NCBI GenBank assembly: GCA_011523845.1
Contig: WTFV01000155.1
Span: 9,386-73,385, forward strand
DNA length: 64,000 nucleotides
Reading direction: 5' to 3'
Source of the DNA: Acidobacteriota bacterium
GTDB lineage: Bacteria; Acidobacteriota; Vicinamibacteria; Vicinamibacterales; UBA8438
Below are positions 1 through 12,953 of the stretch, piece by piece. Both the position numbers and the translations under genes were made by a program. Each line of letters starts with the position of its first letter. Position 1 is the first letter of the stretch. The notes below the pieces were generated by a model. That model was given only the letters and a program-made list of their open reading frames with translations. It did not search any database and was not told where the DNA came from.

Positions 1-651
1 CACGGCATGCAGACGTGGCGCGCCCGGACCGTGGTCATCGCCAGCGGCTGCTACGACCATCCCAACCAGCTCGGGGTGCCGGGCGAGGATCTGCCGCACG
101 TCTCCCACTACTACACGGAGCCGCACGAGTTCTACCGCAAGCCGGTGGTCGTGGTCGGCGGCAAGAACTCCGCGGCCGAGGCGGCCCTCGACCTCTACCG
201 GAGCGGGGCGCACGTCACCCTCGTGCACCGGCGGGCCGAGCTGGGCGCGTCCATCAAGTACTGGGTCAAGCCGGACATCGAGAACCGCATCAAGGAGGGC
301 TCCATCGCGGCGCGCTTCGAGACCCTGGTCGTCGAGATCCGGCCGGGGGAAGTGGTGGTCGAACGGGACGGTGCGCGCGAGATTCTCCCGGCGGAAGGCG
401 TCTTCCTGCTGACCGGCTACCTGGCCGACCTCGATTTTCTGCGCGGGGCGGGCATTCAGGTCGCGTCGAACAACGTGCCGCGGCACGATCCGGAGACGTT
501 CGAGACCAACGTGCCCGGCCTCTACCTGGCCGGCGCGGTGGTCGCGGGCGCCAACCGGGGCGAGGTGTTCATCGAGAACGGGCGCTTTCACGGCCGCGTC
601 GTGGTCGAGCACATCGCGCACCGGTTGGGCCGCGAGCCGGTCGGAGCGTAG
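1..651 (+). CDS. YpdA-type FAD/NAD(P)H pyridine-nucleotide disulfide oxidoreductase (putative bacillithiol-disulfide reductase family), 5' end outside window
   Basis: Frame of ORF 7..651 is open to the window edge. It has the second dinucleotide-binding motif VVVVGGKNSAAEAALDL. IKYWVKPDIENRIKEG and the C-terminal FIENGRFHG match my recollection of YpdA-type reductases. Confidence 0.7.
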   Translation, partial: HGMQTWRARTVVIASGCYDHPNQLGVPGEDLPHVSHYYTEPHEFYRKPVVVVGGKNSAAEAALDLYRSGAHVTLVHRRAELGASIKYWVKPDIENRIKEGSIAARFETLVVEIRPGEVVVERDGAREILPAEGVFLLTGYLADLDFLRGAGIQVASNNVPRHDPETFETNVPGLYLAGAVVAGANRGEVFIENGRFHGRVVVEHIAHRLGREPVGA

Positions 652-703
652 CGCAGCCAAACCCGTCGCCCGGGCGCCGTGTTCGGCCCCAGCCCCCACC
701 GCT

Positions 704-759
704 CCAGGAGTCTGCGCCGCAGGACTCGCTCCGTTGCGTTCTGCGGCGCAGACTCCTGG
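704..759. repeat. Family-A hairpin: perfect 19-bp inverted repeat CCAGGAGTCTGCGCCGCAG / CTGCGGCGCAGACTCCTGG with an 18-nt loop, between convergent genes (possible bidirectional terminator)
   Basis: Read directly from the sequence. The arm sequence recurs at 4264-4300, 25256-25297, 27852-27898 and 40681-40717. Confidence 0.8.
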
Positions 760-782
760 TCTCCGCGGTTCGCGGAATCTGC

Positions 783-1421
783 CTACTGCACGCCCGCGCC
801 GGGAAACGACCTGCCGTGCGCCATCAGGCGCATCTCGAGCAGATCGATCAACGCCGCGCACCGTTCGCAGGGATCGTCCTTCTCCAGCAGCGCCTGCCGC
901 TCGATCGGCTCGAACTCCAGGTACTGGGACAGGACGTTCACCAGCTCGGCGTCGGCCATGCCCGGCGGAACCCGGGATGCCGACGCGGCCGGCGCAACCT
1001 GTCGATCGAGCAGATTCTCCAGCCGCTTCCGGCCCTCGTGGAGACGGTCGCGCCGCCCGGCAATCGCGCCGTCGGGCATGACCTCGACCGTCGCAATCCG
1101 ATAGGCCCTCGAGTGGTCCTCGTCCTGGACGCGAAAGCGCTGCAGGCCCCGCAGCACGATGTTGTAGCGCCCGTCGGGAAGTGACGCGACGTGCGTGATG
1201 CGGCCCGCGCAACCGATCGGGAAGATGGGAGGGTCGGGACCTGCATGCCGCTGCCAGCCGTTCCGGAGCAGCACCATCCCGATCAGCCGGTCGCCGTCGA
1301 TTGCGTCGGCGACCATCTCGCGATAGCGCGGCTCGAAGATGTGCAGCGGCAGGAAGACGTGCGGGAAGAGCACGACGTTGGGGAGCGGGAAAATCGGGAT
1401 CCGGCCGGGCAGGGTCGCCAC
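783..1421 (-). CDS. LON N-terminal (substrate-binding) domain protein, no protease or ATPase domain
   Basis: 212-aa ORF with GTG start. IPIFPLPNVVLFPHVFLPLHIFEPRYREMV is the typical LonN signature. The start abuts the stop of the upstream vWA gene (TGAGTG). Confidence 0.8.
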   Translation of the reverse strand: MATLPGRIPIFPLPNVVLFPHVFLPLHIFEPRYREMVADAIDGDRLIGMVLLRNGWQRHAGPDPPIFPIGCAGRITHVASLPDGRYNIVLRGLQRFRVQDEDHSRAYRIATVEVMPDGAIAGRRDRLHEGRKRLENLLDRQVAPAASASRVPPGMADAELVNVLSQYLEFEPIERQALLEKDDPCERCAALIDLLEMRLMAHGRSFPGAGVQ

Positions 1422-2684
1422 TCAGTGCACCGTCTTCGTCTTCTTGTCCATGTAGTCCATCAGCACGTAGCGCCCCAACGTGTACGGTGTCGTGAAGTAG
1501 GCCTTGCCCCGGCAGACGGCCGCCACGCGTCGCACGAAGCTCACCAGCTCGTAGTCGCGGGCCAGCATGAAGGTGTTGATCATGATGCCGGCGCGCCGGC
1601 AGTTGGCCACCTCGGCAAAGGTCTCGCGGATGATCGTCGGGTCGAGCCCGAACGCGTTGCGGTAGATGCGTCCGTCGGCCTGGGTCAGGGCCGAGGGCTT
1701 GCCGTCGGTGATCATCACGATCTGCCGCATGTCCTTGCGCTGGCGTTCGAGGATGCGCCGGGCCAGGCGCAGTCCCTCGCGCGTGTTCGTGTAGTACGGC
1801 CCGACACGCACGCGCGCGAGTTGCTTGAGCGGTATCTCCTCCGCCGAATCGTGGAACAGGACGGCGTTCAGGGCGTCACCGGGGTACTGGCTGCGGATCA
1901 GGTGGGACAGCGCCAGAGCCACCTGCTTGGCCGGCGTGAAGCGGTCCTCGCCGTAGAGGATCATGCTGTGGCTGCAGTCGAGCATGAGCACCGTCGCGCA
2001 CGAGCTCTGGTACTCGCCCTGCGCGACCATCAGGTCCCGGTACTGCACGTCGATGGCTCCATCCTGTCCGGCCGGCGCCCGCTGCACGGCGTTCAGGATG
2101 GTGCCGCTGGCGTCGAGGTTCAGGGTGTCGCCGAACTCGTACGGCTTCGAGGCGCCGCCCGCCTCCACGCCGGTGGCCAGCTCGCACGTATCGTGCCGGC
2201 CGACGCTGCTGCGCCCGTGCGACCCGAGCAGGTCGCGCAGGGCCCGGTAGCCGAGAAAATCCAGGCTCTTGTCGGTGACCTGAAAGCGCGCCGGGGAGGT
2301 GTCCCGCCCGAAGCCGCCGCCCGTGCCCGACTCGGGTGGGGCATCGGAATCCAGCGAGATGTAGCCCTGTCCGGCCAGTTGACGGATCAGCTCCTGGATG
2401 AGCTCCTCCAGTCGGGACTGCCCGCCGGCCTGATCGGCGTCGGCCGGATCGCCGAGCAGGCGCTGGATGGCGTCGTCCGAGAGCAGGCCGCCGTTGAGCA
2501 GGGCGTCGAGAATCGCATCGTGCAGGGACTGCAGGCTCCGGTCGTCGTCGTCCCCGTCCGACGGGTCGCCGTAGGGGCTGTCGAAGCCGCTGGACAGGAG
2601 CAGGCGGGAGAGCTTCGAGACCAGCTCGTCGAGGTCGATGCCCTCGAGATCCTCACCGGTGTAACGCGTGTAGCGATAGCGCAT
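1422..2684 (-). CDS. von Willebrand factor A (vWA) domain protein
   Basis: 420-aa ORF. It has a MIDAS-like DCSHSM motif ([14 protein letters not shown]) and ITDGKP, plus an acidic linker region. It lies immediately downstream of a BchI/MoxR-like ATPase. Confidence 0.8.
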   Translation of the reverse strand: MRYRYTRYTGEDLEGIDLDELVSKLSRLLLSSGFDSPYGDPSDGDDDDRSLQSLHDAILDALLNGGLLSDDAIQRLLGDPADADQAGGQSRLEELIQELIRQLAGQGYISLDSDAPPESGTGGGFGRDTSPARFQVTDKSLDFLGYRALRDLLGSHGRSSVGRHDTCELATGVEAGGASKPYEFGDTLNLDASGTILNAVQRAPAGQDGAIDVQYRDLMVAQGEYQSSCATVLMLDCSHSMILYGEDRFTPAKQVALALSHLIRSQYPGDALNAVLFHDSAEEIPLKQLARVRVGPYYTNTREGLRLARRILERQRKDMRQIVMITDGKPSALTQADGRIYRNAFGLDPTIIRETFAEVANCRRAGIMINTFMLARDYELVSFVRRVAAVCRGKAYFTTPYTLGRYVLMDYMDKKTKTVH

Positions 2685-2693
2685 CCGCCCGCG

Positions 2694-4190
2694 TCAGTTG
2701 TAGTACTTCTTCTTGTTGCCGCGTGGCATCTGCTGCCGGGGATCGAAGTCGGGCACGGACGGTCGAGCGGCCGGCTGCGGCTTCTCGACCGCTTCGTAGC
2801 CGCCGCCGTCGCTGCGGCTGATCCTGCGCTGGGCGCAGAGTCCCTCCAGCACGAAGTCGACGGCCGAGGCGACCTGCGACGGCGCGTCGCCGGCCGCGAC
2901 GCCGGCGTGCGCGGCCAGTTCCAGCAGTCCATGGATCTCCGCGACATCGGCGAGAAAGGCCTCGGACGACGTCGTGTCGCTCTCGTGCAGCGTGCCGCCC
3001 ATCTCGAACCACTCGACCACCTGGTGCGTGTCGACGCCGTCGTACCAGCCGCCGAAAACGGCCCCGACGGCGGCGCGAATCAGCTCGCGCGCAACGGCGT
3101 CGGCCCCGCGCAGCTCGCCCTCGTACTCCAGCTCGAACTTGCCGGTCATCGCCGGCAGCGACGCGTACACGTCGGTGACGCGGGCCGTCGGGGCTTCGTT
3201 GGCCGTCAGGGCGCGGCGCTCGGCGTTCGACACCACGTTCTCGATGCACGTGATCGGCATGCGCTGGCTGACTCCCGAGCGGCCGTCGATCTTCTTGTTC
3301 GCCCGTGCCTGGAAGGCGATCTCCTCGACCACCTCGCGCACGTAAAGCGGGACGCTCACCTCGGTCGCGGCGCCGCGCGCGACCCATGCCTCCTGCTCGG
3401 TGATGGCGATGGCCTCGTGGCGGGTGCGCGGATAGTGCGTCCGGATCTCGGAACCGATCCGATCCTTGAGCGGCGTCACGATCTTGCCCCGGGCCGTGTA
3501 GTCCTCGGGGTTGGCGGTGAACGTCATGGCGATGTCCAGCCGCAGGCGCACGGGGTAGCCGCGGATCTGGATGTCGCCCTCCTGCAGGATGTTGAACAGG
3601 CCCACCTGGATCTTGCCCGCGAGGTCGGGCAGCTCGTTGATGGCGAAGATGCAGCGGTTGGCGCGCGGCACGAGCCCGTAGTGGACGGTCAGCTCGTCCG
3701 AGAGCCGGCGCCCCGCCGCGGCCGCCTTGATGGGATCGATGTCGCCGATCATGTCGGCGATCGTGACGTCCGGCGTCGCGAGCTTCTCGACGTAGCGCAT
3801 CGAGCGGTCGAGCCAGGCGACGGGCAGGTCGTTTCCCTCTTCCTGGACCCGGGCGCGGCACGCGGGGCAGATCGGCGCGAGCGGATCGTCGTTGATGTCG
3901 CAGCCCGGCACCACCGGGATCGCGTCGTCGAGCAGATCCGCCAGCCCCCGGATCAGACGCGTCTTCGCCTGGCCCCGCAGGCCGAGCAGCACGAAGTCGT
4001 GCTGCGAGAGGATGGCGTTGGCCACCTGCGGGACGACCGAGTCGTCGTAGCCGACGATGCCGGGAAAGAGCGGCTCGCCGCTCCCCAGCCGGGCCATGAG
4101 GTTGTCGCGAAGCTCGCGCTTGACGCTGCGGTGGGGAATCTTGCCCTTGTCGACCGCCCGACGCAGGCTCCCCAGCGAGGTGGGCAGCAT
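2694..4190 (-). CDS. AAA+ ATPase of the Mg-chelatase BchI/MoxR-like type, partner of the vWA protein
   Basis: 498-aa ORF. Walker A-like LLGLRGQAKT and Walker B-like CIFAINELPDL are present. The FNILQEGDIQIRGYPVRL block is typical of chelatase-like AAA+ proteins. Confidence 0.8.
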   Translation of the reverse strand: MLPTSLGSLRRAVDKGKIPHRSVKRELRDNLMARLGSGEPLFPGIVGYDDSVVPQVANAILSQHDFVLLGLRGQAKTRLIRGLADLLDDAIPVVPGCDINDDPLAPICPACRARVQEEGNDLPVAWLDRSMRYVEKLATPDVTIADMIGDIDPIKAAAAGRRLSDELTVHYGLVPRANRCIFAINELPDLAGKIQVGLFNILQEGDIQIRGYPVRLRLDIAMTFTANPEDYTARGKIVTPLKDRIGSEIRTHYPRTRHEAIAITEQEAWVARGAATEVSVPLYVREVVEEIAFQARANKKIDGRSGVSQRMPITCIENVVSNAERRALTANEAPTARVTDVYASLPAMTGKFELEYEGELRGADAVARELIRAAVGAVFGGWYDGVDTHQVVEWFEMGGTLHESDTTSSEAFLADVAEIHGLLELAAHAGVAAGDAPSQVASAVDFVLEGLCAQRRISRSDGGGYEAVEKPQPAARPSVPDFDPRQQMPRGNKKKYYN

Positions 4191-4218
4191 GCACCGATCT
4201 TACTAGAATCCCCCTGCC

Positions 4219-4300
4219 CGCCAATCGTCGCCTGCGGCTCGGCTTGCCGCCCGACCGACCCTTGCTGGAAGTCTGCCCCGTTCTACGGCGCAGACTCCCA
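4219..4300. repeat. Composite intergenic repeat (family B followed by family A hairpin)
   Basis: CGCCAATCGTCGCCTGCGGCTCGGCTTGCCGCCCGACCGACC followed by CTGGAAGTCTGCCCCGTTCTACGGCGCAGACTCCCAG. The same B+A arrangement occurs at 25211-25297 and inverted at 40681-40764. Confidence 0.75.
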
Positions 4301-4323
4301 GGGCCGCCCGCGGCGGCCGGCCA

Positions 4324-4352
4324 TTGCCGCACGGCGCGGCCATCGCTACAAT
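4324..4352 (+). promoter_or_regulatory. Candidate sigma70-type promoter for the PFOR gene (TTGCCG - 17 nt - TACAAT)
   Basis: -35-like TTGCCG at 4324-4329 and -10 TACAAT at 4347-4352, about 150 nt upstream of the ATG at 4503. Confidence 0.4.
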
Positions 4353-4371
4353 GCGGGTGGAACAGTGGACC

Positions 4372-4486
4372 GGTGCGCCGACCGTCGGTTGGCGTGCGGT
4401 GTCGATACGGCCGGGCCGGTTCGAAACGGGGTGCGCCGACCGTCGGTCGGCGTGCGGTGTCGATACGGCCGGGGCTGGTTCGAAAT
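4372..4486 (+). repeat. Two tandem ~58-bp direct repeats in the PFOR leader
   Basis: GGTGCGCCGACCGTCGGTTGGCGTGCGGTGTCGATACGGCCGGGCCGGTTCGAAAC occurs at 4372-4429 and is repeated with a few mismatches at 4430-4486. Each unit contains a CGCCGAC/GTTGGCG stem. Confidence 0.85.
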
Positions 4487-4502
4487 CCCTGGAGAACCTC
4501 GC

Positions 4503-9206
<4,704 letters not shown>

Positions 9207-9260
9207 CGGCGGAGTCTCCGAAGGGATGGGGCGCTGAAGGCCAGGGGCGATGGCGGGCGG

Positions 9261-9452
9261 TTGCGGCTCGACGCGCCCTGCTCGTTGCCGGAAGGAACGG
9301 TGTTGGATCTCGTCCTCGACGATGAAGGCGACGACCTGGACGCTACCGAGCGCGAGGGCCTTCACGACGCGATTTCCAGTGCCTGGACGGCCGCGAAGGC
9401 GGGACGTGTCCGTCCGGCGCAGGAGATCATCGACGCGTTGCGCCGCCGGTGA
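9261..9452 (+). CDS. Small antitoxin-like protein paired with a ParE-like toxin (start uncertain; TTG 9261 or CTG 9234)
   Basis: 63-aa ORF with an acidic centre (LDDEGDDLDATEREGL). Its stop overlaps the downstream GTG start (GTGA at 9449-9452). Confidence 0.5.
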   Translation: MRLDAPCSLPEGTVLDLVLDDEGDDLDATEREGLHDAISSAWTAAKAGRVRPAQEIIDALRRR

Positions 9453-9757
9453 CCGCAGTCGTCGTCGTTTCCGGTGACGTCGAAGTCCAGATCGGCGAGA
9501 TCGACCGTTGGCGGGAACACCGGCCGGCCGCGCTGGGACCCTTCGTGGAAGAACTGGCAGCCTGCTTCGACTTGCTGGCTACTGCTCCGTACGTCGGTCG
9601 ACGCTATGCTCATCCTCGATTGCGGGATGTTCGCCGTATGCTTCTACGTTCGACCGGCTACCACGTCTACTACACCGTTCGCGACGAAGCCGTTGTCGTG
9701 CTCGCGGTCTGGAGGGCCTCCCGGGGAGCCGGCCCCGATCTGCCCCGGCTGGTCTGA
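9449..9757 (+). CDS. parE: ParE/RelE-superfamily type II toxin
   Basis: 102-aa ORF. The C-terminal pattern LLRSTGYHVYYTVRDEAVVVLAVWRASR is typical of ParE. It overlaps the preceding small ORF by 4 nt. Confidence 0.7.
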   Translation: MTAVVVVSGDVEVQIGEIDRWREHRPAALGPFVEELAACFDLLATAPYVGRRYAHPRLRDVRRMLLRSTGYHVYYTVRDEAVVVLAVWRASRGAGPDLPRLV

Positions 9758-9809
9758 TTCCATGCCGTAGTACGGGGTCGGGGCTGGGCGAGCCAGCAGG
9801 CGACAGACG

Positions 9810-9823
9810 GTTTTGTACAAAAC
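9810..9823. promoter_or_regulatory. Perfect 14-bp palindrome GTTTTGTACAAAAC, candidate operator upstream of the GHKL gene
   Basis: Read directly. It is AT-rich in a GC-rich genome and lies 30 nt upstream of the ATG at 9853. Confidence 0.35.
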
Positions 9824-9852
9824 GGCCAGCATGCTCAGGACTGTTCTCACGC

Positions 9853-12320
9853 ATGAGTACCGACTATTCAACATCCAGACGGGCCGGAGATGAACTCATC
9901 ATCAATGAGGCCCAGAGTCAGGTACAGACGTTCTTCGATCAGCTCAAGAACGGCACGCCGAACTACCGGACCGTCGCCAGCCTCGACGGACAGGTGGCAC
10001 AGGAGTACCGAGGACGGTGCATTCTGGAGCTTCTGCAGAACGCCCACGACGCACTCGCGAACGCCGAACCGGGTGATCCGCGGCGCATCTCGTTCGTACT
10101 GAACACCGATCCCGAACCTGTCTTGTACATCGGAAACAGTGGCCGTTCATTCCGCACCGCGGACTTCCATGGAATCTGCCGGCTCGCGCAAAGTCCGAAG
10201 GATCCCAACGAGAGCGTTGGGAACAAGGGGCTGGGCTTTCGGAGTGTCCTGGAGATATGTACGGGCCCGGAGATATGGTCCACGGCGTCCGTCGGAAGCG
10301 GCACGTCCTTTGTCTTCCGTTTCGACCCCGACGTTGCCCGTGAAGTCGCGGAAGCAGCACGGCAGCTCGAAGAACAGGGCCTCGATGCACGCTCACCGTT
10401 CGATCCGGGTCGTCCGCTCGTCGACTGGTCACGGGATCAGTTGAGTCGGTACCTTGAACGCGTATCCAACGAAGAGATCGATGGCCCCGGCGAGGCCAGG
10501 GACTTCCTTTCGCCGTACCAGATTCCGCTTCCCATTGCGGGCATGCCGTCCGAAGTGGACGCGCTGTTGAGCGCGGGGCATGTGACCGTCGTCCGGCTGC
10601 GTCTGGATGGTGGAAGGGCGGGCTCCTGCGACGAGGCCGTGCAGTCGGTCAAGGACCAATTGCAGGATCTGGATGCCCGGTCGACCATCTTCCTGCATCA
10701 CCTTGCAACACTCGTCATCGACATAGATGGCGAGCGTCGCATGCTGGAACGCACGGTCGACTCGGATACTGTCCTCCCCGGTTGCCCATGTAGCTGGCGG
10801 CAGCGGCTGCGCGTGGCGGGCTCCGGACCGGCGGCTGATGACACGCCGACCCGCCAGTTTCACCTTTGGTCTCACATCGTCGGCGGGCAGGATGATCCGG
10901 ATCAGAGTGCGCGGATCCGCGCTGTCGTGGAGCACTTGCCGAACCGCTGGCCGGAGGTCTGTCGGGTCTCCGTGGGGGTTGCCGTCGAGGAAGCGCCTAC
11001 GGCTGCGGCAGGGGTCTTCGTGATCTTTCTGCCGACCGAGATGAAGACCGGAACGGGGGCGTACATCAACGCGCCCTTCTATGGTTCTCTTGACCGCCGC
11101 CAGATAAACTTCGACGAGCCCTACAACGAACTGCTTCTCGAATGCGTGCTTGACCTCTGTCTTGACGCCGTCGGTGCATTGGTGTCCCGGAAGCCTGAAG
11201 ATTGGAGTGCACAGGCGGTGGTCGATCTGCTGTCGTCGACCACGACGGTGGACGGTGAGGATTGGCGCCTGATCGAAGACCTGCAAGATCGTGCGTCGAA
11301 GCGGGGCACCCCACTCGGCGATCGTGCGCTGGTTCTCTGCGACGGCGGCTGGTGCGCTCCGGCCGGCGCAAGGGTAATGCCTGACGTTTCGGACGACGAC
11401 CCGATCGGTCCCGAACGGTGGCGCGAGCACGCTGGGTTCGAGGTCGTGTCGACCGTGCTTGGTGGACGAGGGACCGCTGTCGAAACACTGCTCACGGATC
11501 TCGATGGCTCGCCGAACCCGTCGCATCAAGAGTGGCGAGACACCGTCGAGCGGTTGGCGTTGGAGGTCGAGGCGCGCAACATAGACGTTACGTGGGACGC
11601 CTTCCTGAACAGTCTCGTCTCCGTGCTTCCGGCGGACCTGCGTGGGGAGCCGAAACCGGATGGTTCGGACCCGCTTGCCGATGCGAGCTTCCTGCCCACT
11701 CAGGACGGGGGTCTGGTCAGCGCAGATCCCGATAGCGCCAAGTTGTTCTTCCAGCCCGTGCGGGGAGTTGACGACGCGGCAGATCTAGTGCGAGAGGTTC
11801 CCGGTTCTCTGCAGGATCGGATCGCGTTCCTCCATCCGGATGTGCGAACGCACGAACAAGAGGGTTCACGGCGGCGCACTCCCGTTCAGAGGTTCCTTGA
11901 CGGTCGGTTCGCGTGGGGCTTTCGGAGGGAAGACATCCTCCGGGATGTGGTCATTCCGGCCCTACCTCCGTTGCCGGCTCTTCATGACACCCCTGAAGCT
12001 GACCGCTGCTCAGAGATCTTCGCTTGGACGTTGAGGCTTCTCGGCAGCGATGACGCGGATACGTTGCTGCCTCTGATCAGGCGCCTGCCCGTTGCTTGCC
12101 ACGGCGGTTGGCTTTCGATGGGCGCCGCCGTCTTCGGGCCCGGTTGGCCGGATCGGCTTGGTGACCTCGTCCGATCGCTCGCGGACGAACTGCCCGATCG
12201 AGCGGCCAAGCGGCTGCGCAGAACGGCGCTTCTGCCGCCGGACGATCCACGCTGGGGGGGCGTCGTGGAAGATCGGGGCGAACTGCTCGCCCGCGCCGGA
12301 GTGGTTGATGGACTTCGGCT
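9853..12320 (+). pseudogene. Sacsin-like GHKL (HATPase_c_3-type) ATPase, N-terminal ~820 codons; reading frame degenerates near 12.30-12.33 kb
   Basis: ATG at 9853. GHKL N-box ILELLQNAHDA and G-box GNKGLGFRSVLE are present. After about 12300 the frame yields Arg/Pro-rich text that is antisense to a minus-strand gene. Confidence 0.6.
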
Positions 12321-12322
12321 GC

Positions 12323-12910
12323 GGCGAACGCGTTGTCCGCCATCTCATACGCCACACCGGCCTCGTCGAGGCGACGCGCCAGCCAGTTGTGGCGGTTGAA
12401 GTAGACCTGCAAGCGAAACGGCGCCCAGGTGGGCACCCGTACGTAGCACAACCCGAAGACCTCGTCGATGAAATAGAAATAGTAGTGCAGGCACTTGCCA
12501 GTGCTGGGCTTCAGCGATGTCTGGTGTGTCTTCTTGTCATGCCAGGGACGAAACGACGCACAGGTCTCCATCGCCGAGAAGATGTGCACCAGACCGGGAT
12601 GATGGCCGCGTTCTTCGAGGATCTCCTTCACCCGCTGTTCCTTGCGGAAGGCTTTGTGCTTGCGAATGAATTCAATCGCAATCCCGGCCTCGGCCGCGAG
12701 GCGTTCGGCATTGGTGCGTATGTCATCGCGCAGCGGTTGTGCCCAGAGCGGGTAATCGAACAGCCGGACACCGCGACTGCCGAGATACCCCGCCATGGCT
12801 GCGGCATGACCGATATCGGGCAGCGTTCCCGTGATCACGACGCGATCGAAGCAGGAGATGACACCAACAATATCGTCCTGATGACGCTCCACGAATGGGC
12901 CGATCGTCAT
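12323..12910 (-). pseudogene. 5' portion (~195 codons) of a conserved hypothetical gene, 3'-truncated; it sits between the GHKL part and the DUF3883 part
   Basis: ORF 12077..12910 reads as a plausible protein (VISCFDRVVITGTLPDI, CYVRVPTWAPFRLQVYFNRHNWLARRLDEAGVAYEMADNAF) down to about 12323. Beyond that it becomes Arg/Pro/Ala junk. Confidence 0.45.
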
Positions 12911-12953
12911 GGTTCCCCCCGGATCGAGACACGCTACGTTCGACCAGTGTACA

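Noticed and set aside
4372-4486. tRNA-like or T-loop element because of GGTTCGAAA in each 58-bp unit
   Set aside because: No acceptor, D or anticodon arms can be drawn. The only convincing tRNA in the window is tRNA-Arg at 44095-44171.
9831-9893. Short ORF (MLRTVLTHEYRLFNIQTGRR) upstream of and overlapping the GHKL start
   Set aside because: It overlaps the better-supported ATG at 9853 in another frame and has no ribosome-binding site or conservation evidence.
12077-12910. Insertion sequence or transposase interrupting the GHKL gene
   Set aside because: No DDE, HUH or serine/tyrosine recombinase motifs and no terminal inverted repeats are recognisable. I therefore reported it as a truncated conserved hypothetical gene and recombination scar, not as a mobile element.
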